Below, one piece after another: positions 61,584-64,000 of a stretch of DNA of 64,000 nt. The stretch's first letter is position 1; every line of letters begins with the position of its first letter. The stretch comes from Brevibacterium luteolum. GTDB lineage: Bacteria; Actinomycetota; Actinomycetes; Actinomycetales; Brevibacteriaceae. The notes under the pieces are model-generated. The model saw only the letters and a list, made by a program, of their open reading frames with translations. It made no database searches and was not told the origin of the DNA. The DNA lies in contig NZ_JABEMC010000003.1 in NCBI RefSeq assembly GCF_013004595.1, positions 186,001 to 250,000 on the forward strand, read 5' to 3'. The position numbers were made by a program, and so were the translations under genes.

Positions 61584-63008
61584 TCAGATTGAGTAGTACA
61601 GCTCGAACTCGGTCGGGGTCGGGCGCAGACGAGCGACGTCGAGCTCGTTTTCGCGCTTGTAGGAGATCCACGTGTCGATGAGGTCCTCGGTGAAGACATC
61701 GCCTTCGGTGAGGAAGTCGTGGTCCTCCTCGAGTGCGGCCAGGGACTCCTCGAGCGTGCCGGGCACGAGCTTGATGTCCTCCAGCTCCTCCGGCGGCAGC
61801 TCGTAGAGATCCTTGTCGATCGGCTCCGGCGGCTCGATGCGGTTGCGGATGCCGTCGAGACCGGCCATGAGCTGGGCTGAGAATGCCAGATAGGGGTTGG
61901 CCGACGGGTCTGGGGCGCGGAACTCCAGCCGCTTGGCCTTCGGCGAGGCACCGGTGACCGGGATGCGGATGGCCGCCGAGCGGTTGCCGGAGGAATACAC
62001 AAGGTTGACCGGTGCCTCGTAGCCTTTGACGAGCCGACGGTAGGAGTTGATCGTCGGGTTCGTGAACGCCAGCACCGCGCCAGCGTGCTCAATGAGCCCG
62101 CCGATGTACCAGCGCGCCAGATCCGACAGTCCTGCATAGCCGTTCTCATCGTAGAACAGCGGCTCGCCGTCCTTCCACAGCGACTGGTGGCAGTGCATGC
62201 CCGAGCCGTTGTCGTCGAACAGCGGCTTGGGCATGAAGGTCACCGACTTGTCGAAGTCCCAGGCGACGTTCTTGACGACGTACTTGAAGTCCAGCAGCTG
62301 GTCGCCGGCCTTCTTCAGCGAGTCGAACTTGTAGTTGATCTCCTGCTGACCGGCAGTGCCGACCTCGTGGTGGGCGCGCTCGACTTCGAAGCCGATCTCC
62401 GCCAGCGTCAGCGAGATCGCATCGCGCACATCGGCGAAGTGATCCTGCGGGGAGACCGGGAAGTACCCGCCCTTGAACGGGGTCTTGTAGCCGAGGTTGC
62501 TGCCGCCCTCCTCGGCGCCGGAACGCCAGGCGGCCTCGACCGAGTCGATCTTGAAGAAGCTGTTGCCCGGGTGGTTCTGGTACTGGATCGAGTCGAACAG
62601 GTAGAACTCAGCCTCGGCCCCGAAGAACACGGTGTCGGCGATGCCGGTCGACTTGAGGTACGCCTCGGCCTTCGCAGCGACCTGACGCGGGTCGCGGGAG
62701 AACGGCTCATCGGTGAACGGGTCGACGATCGAGTGCGTGATGACCATCGTCTTGGCCATCCGGAACGGATCGATGTAGGCGCTCGTGACATCGGCGATGA
62801 GCTTCATGTCCGATTCGTGGATCGAGGTGAACCCGCGGATCGATGAACCGTCGAACAGCAGGCCCTCTTCGAGCTTATCCTCGCCGTAGGCCGAGGCTGG
62901 GAGGTTGAAGTGCTGCACCACACCGGGAAGGTCACAGAATCGGATGTCGACGAAGTCGACGTCGTTTTCCTTCATGTAGGCGACGAGCTCAGCCGGGGTA
63001 TTGAACAA
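61584..63008 (-). CDS. glnA: Type I glutamine synthetase
   Basis: FDGSSI, HHEVG, DKDLYEL adenylylation loop; TTG start after AGGAG. Confidence 0.97.
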   Translation of the reverse strand: MFNTPAELVAYMKENDVDFVDIRFCDLPGVVQHFNLPASAYGEDKLEEGLLFDGSSIRGFTSIHESDMKLIADVTSAYIDPFRMAKTMVITHSIVDPFTDEPFSRDPRQVAAKAEAYLKSTGIADTVFFGAEAEFYLFDSIQYQNHPGNSFFKIDSVEAAWRSGAEEGGSNLGYKTPFKGGYFPVSPQDHFADVRDAISLTLAEIGFEVERAHHEVGTAGQQEINYKFDSLKKAGDQLLDFKYVVKNVAWDFDKSVTFMPKPLFDDNGSGMHCHQSLWKDGEPLFYDENGYAGLSDLARWYIGGLIEHAGAVLAFTNPTINSYRRLVKGYEAPVNLVYSSGNRSAAIRIPVTGASPKAKRLEFRAPDPSANPYLAFSAQLMAGLDGIRNRIEPPEPIDKDLYELPPEELEDIKLVPGTLEESLAALEEDHDFLTEGDVFTEDLIDTWISYKRENELDVARLRPTPTEFELYYSI

Positions 63009-63187
63009 GATCACTCCTGAAAGTCGCGGGCCACGACTCGGGCGTGGCCCTGTGGTGTGTTCTCCATCCTAATTCACCGCACACCCGCCAGAGTCGGTGC
63101 CACGCTGTTTTTCCCGGCCGTCTGCGAGTGCTGCATCACGGACTGCCGGTGCACAGCGGCCGACCGCCGGCGGTTACACTTGAGTGC

Positions 63188-63628
63188 GTGATTCAGCGAG
63201 ATGACTTCGGCTCATGGCTCAACGGACCCACTGCCGCCAGCACCGGCAGCAGCTGGCCGGGCAGCCGGCTCGGCCTGCCCGAGGACGGGCCGGGCGCGAT
63301 CGCGCCGATCTGGCGCCGGCTGCTGGCCCTGTGGCTCGACTACCTCATGTGCCTGGGCATCGCGTTCTGGCTCTTCGACGGCAGCAATCTCGCCATCCTC
63401 GCGATCTTCTTCATCGAATACCTCGTGCTCGTCTCGCTGCTGGGTACAACAGTCGGGCAGAAGATCTTCGGCATCCGCGTCATCCGTCTCGACGGCGCAA
63501 CCCCGGGCATCGCCTCCGGCTTTATCCGCACCCTGCTGCTCATGCTCGTCATCCCAGCCGTCATCTTCGATGCCGACCGGCGCGGCTTCCACGACATCGC
63601 CGCCCGCACCGCCGTCGTGCGCAGCTGA
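63188..63628 (+). CDS. RDD family protein
   Basis: RRLLALWLD, GQKIFGIRV, RGFHD. Confidence 0.92.
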   Translation: MIQRDDFGSWLNGPTAASTGSSWPGSRLGLPEDGPGAIAPIWRRLLALWLDYLMCLGIAFWLFDGSNLAILAIFFIEYLVLVSLLGTTVGQKIFGIRVIRLDGATPGIASGFIRTLLLMLVIPAVIFDADRRGFHDIAARTAVVRS

Positions 63629-63672
63629 GGAAACCCTCCCGTGCCCGAGGCGGGGCTCGCCGCGGCACGCGA

Positions 63673-63708
63673 AAGCGGCAGGCTGCGCACGTGCACAGCC
63701 TGCCGCTT
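63673..63708. terminator. Bidirectional terminator
   Basis: AAGCGGCAGGCTG/CAGCCTGCCGCTT. Confidence 0.75.
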
Positions 63709-63743
63709 CGTCGTTGGTCTCCGAGTGTCGCCGGTGCTGAGGC

Positions 63744-64000
63744 TCAGCGTCCGCGCATCGCGCGGTGGTTCGGCCGGGCCTTCATCGGGTCGATGCCCTT
63801 GGGGATCGGCGGGTTCTTCGTCACCGAGCCGAGAGCGGTCAGCCGGTTGCGCACGGCGAGGATCTCGGCCTTGTTCAGCTTGCGCGGAAGCCGGTGGACG
63901 GTGCGCACGATCTTGCTCATCGGGATCTGGCCGTCCTGTTCGCCGCCCTGCAGCGTGTAGATCGGCACATTGGGCAGCACGCGCTCGTGGCGCTTCTTCT
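63744..64000 (-). CDS. DUF4191 protein, 3' end only (runs off the window)
   Basis: PIPKGIDPMKAR; usual neighbour of RDD/glnA. Confidence 0.85.
   Translation of the reverse strand, partial: KKRHERVLPNVPIYTLQGGEQDGQIPMSKIVRTVHRLPRKLNKAEILAVRNRLTALGSVTKNPPIPKGIDPMKARPNHRAMRGR

Noticed and set aside
63020..63170. GlnR boxes upstream of glnA
   Set aside because: No convincing GTNAC-N6-GAAAC match by eye

Overview
High-GC actinobacterial chromosome, most likely Micrococcales and Brevibacterium-like (inferred from gene content and order). The backbone is conserved housekeeping: DUF3145-fabF-acpP-fabH-fabD-fasR-aceE-DUF3052; Nif3, zinc-ribbon, yaaA and rnpB; bioBAFD; ppgK-map-ald; glnA2-glnE-mtr-glnA1-RDD-DUF4191; and four tRNAs (Asn, Ile2/Met-CAT, Pro, Val). 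An accessory stretch of about 17 kb lies between tRNA-Pro and tRNA-Val. It carries a BioQ-like TetR, a lipoprotein pseudogene, BlaI/M56, an ECF sigma-ogt-tag alkylation-repair operon, a creatinase/MFS/IclR cluster, an ABC exporter, a GT1 glycosyltransferase and an AraC/VOC pair. The most notable unannotated structure is next to tRNA-Val: a 13-bp tRNA 3'-end segment plus a 14-16-bp-stem hairpin occurs twice, 1.5 kb apart, with IS481-end-like motifs, bracketing a cargo cassette that has no recombinase. Other highlights are a shared TTGT-N9-(A/C)CAA box upstream of fabD, fasR and aceE, tandem BioQ boxes at bioB, a split Nif3, and three motif-degenerate proteins (PBP, EAL, solute-binding protein). 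I saw no CRISPR array, intact transposase or integrase, rRNA or prophage.
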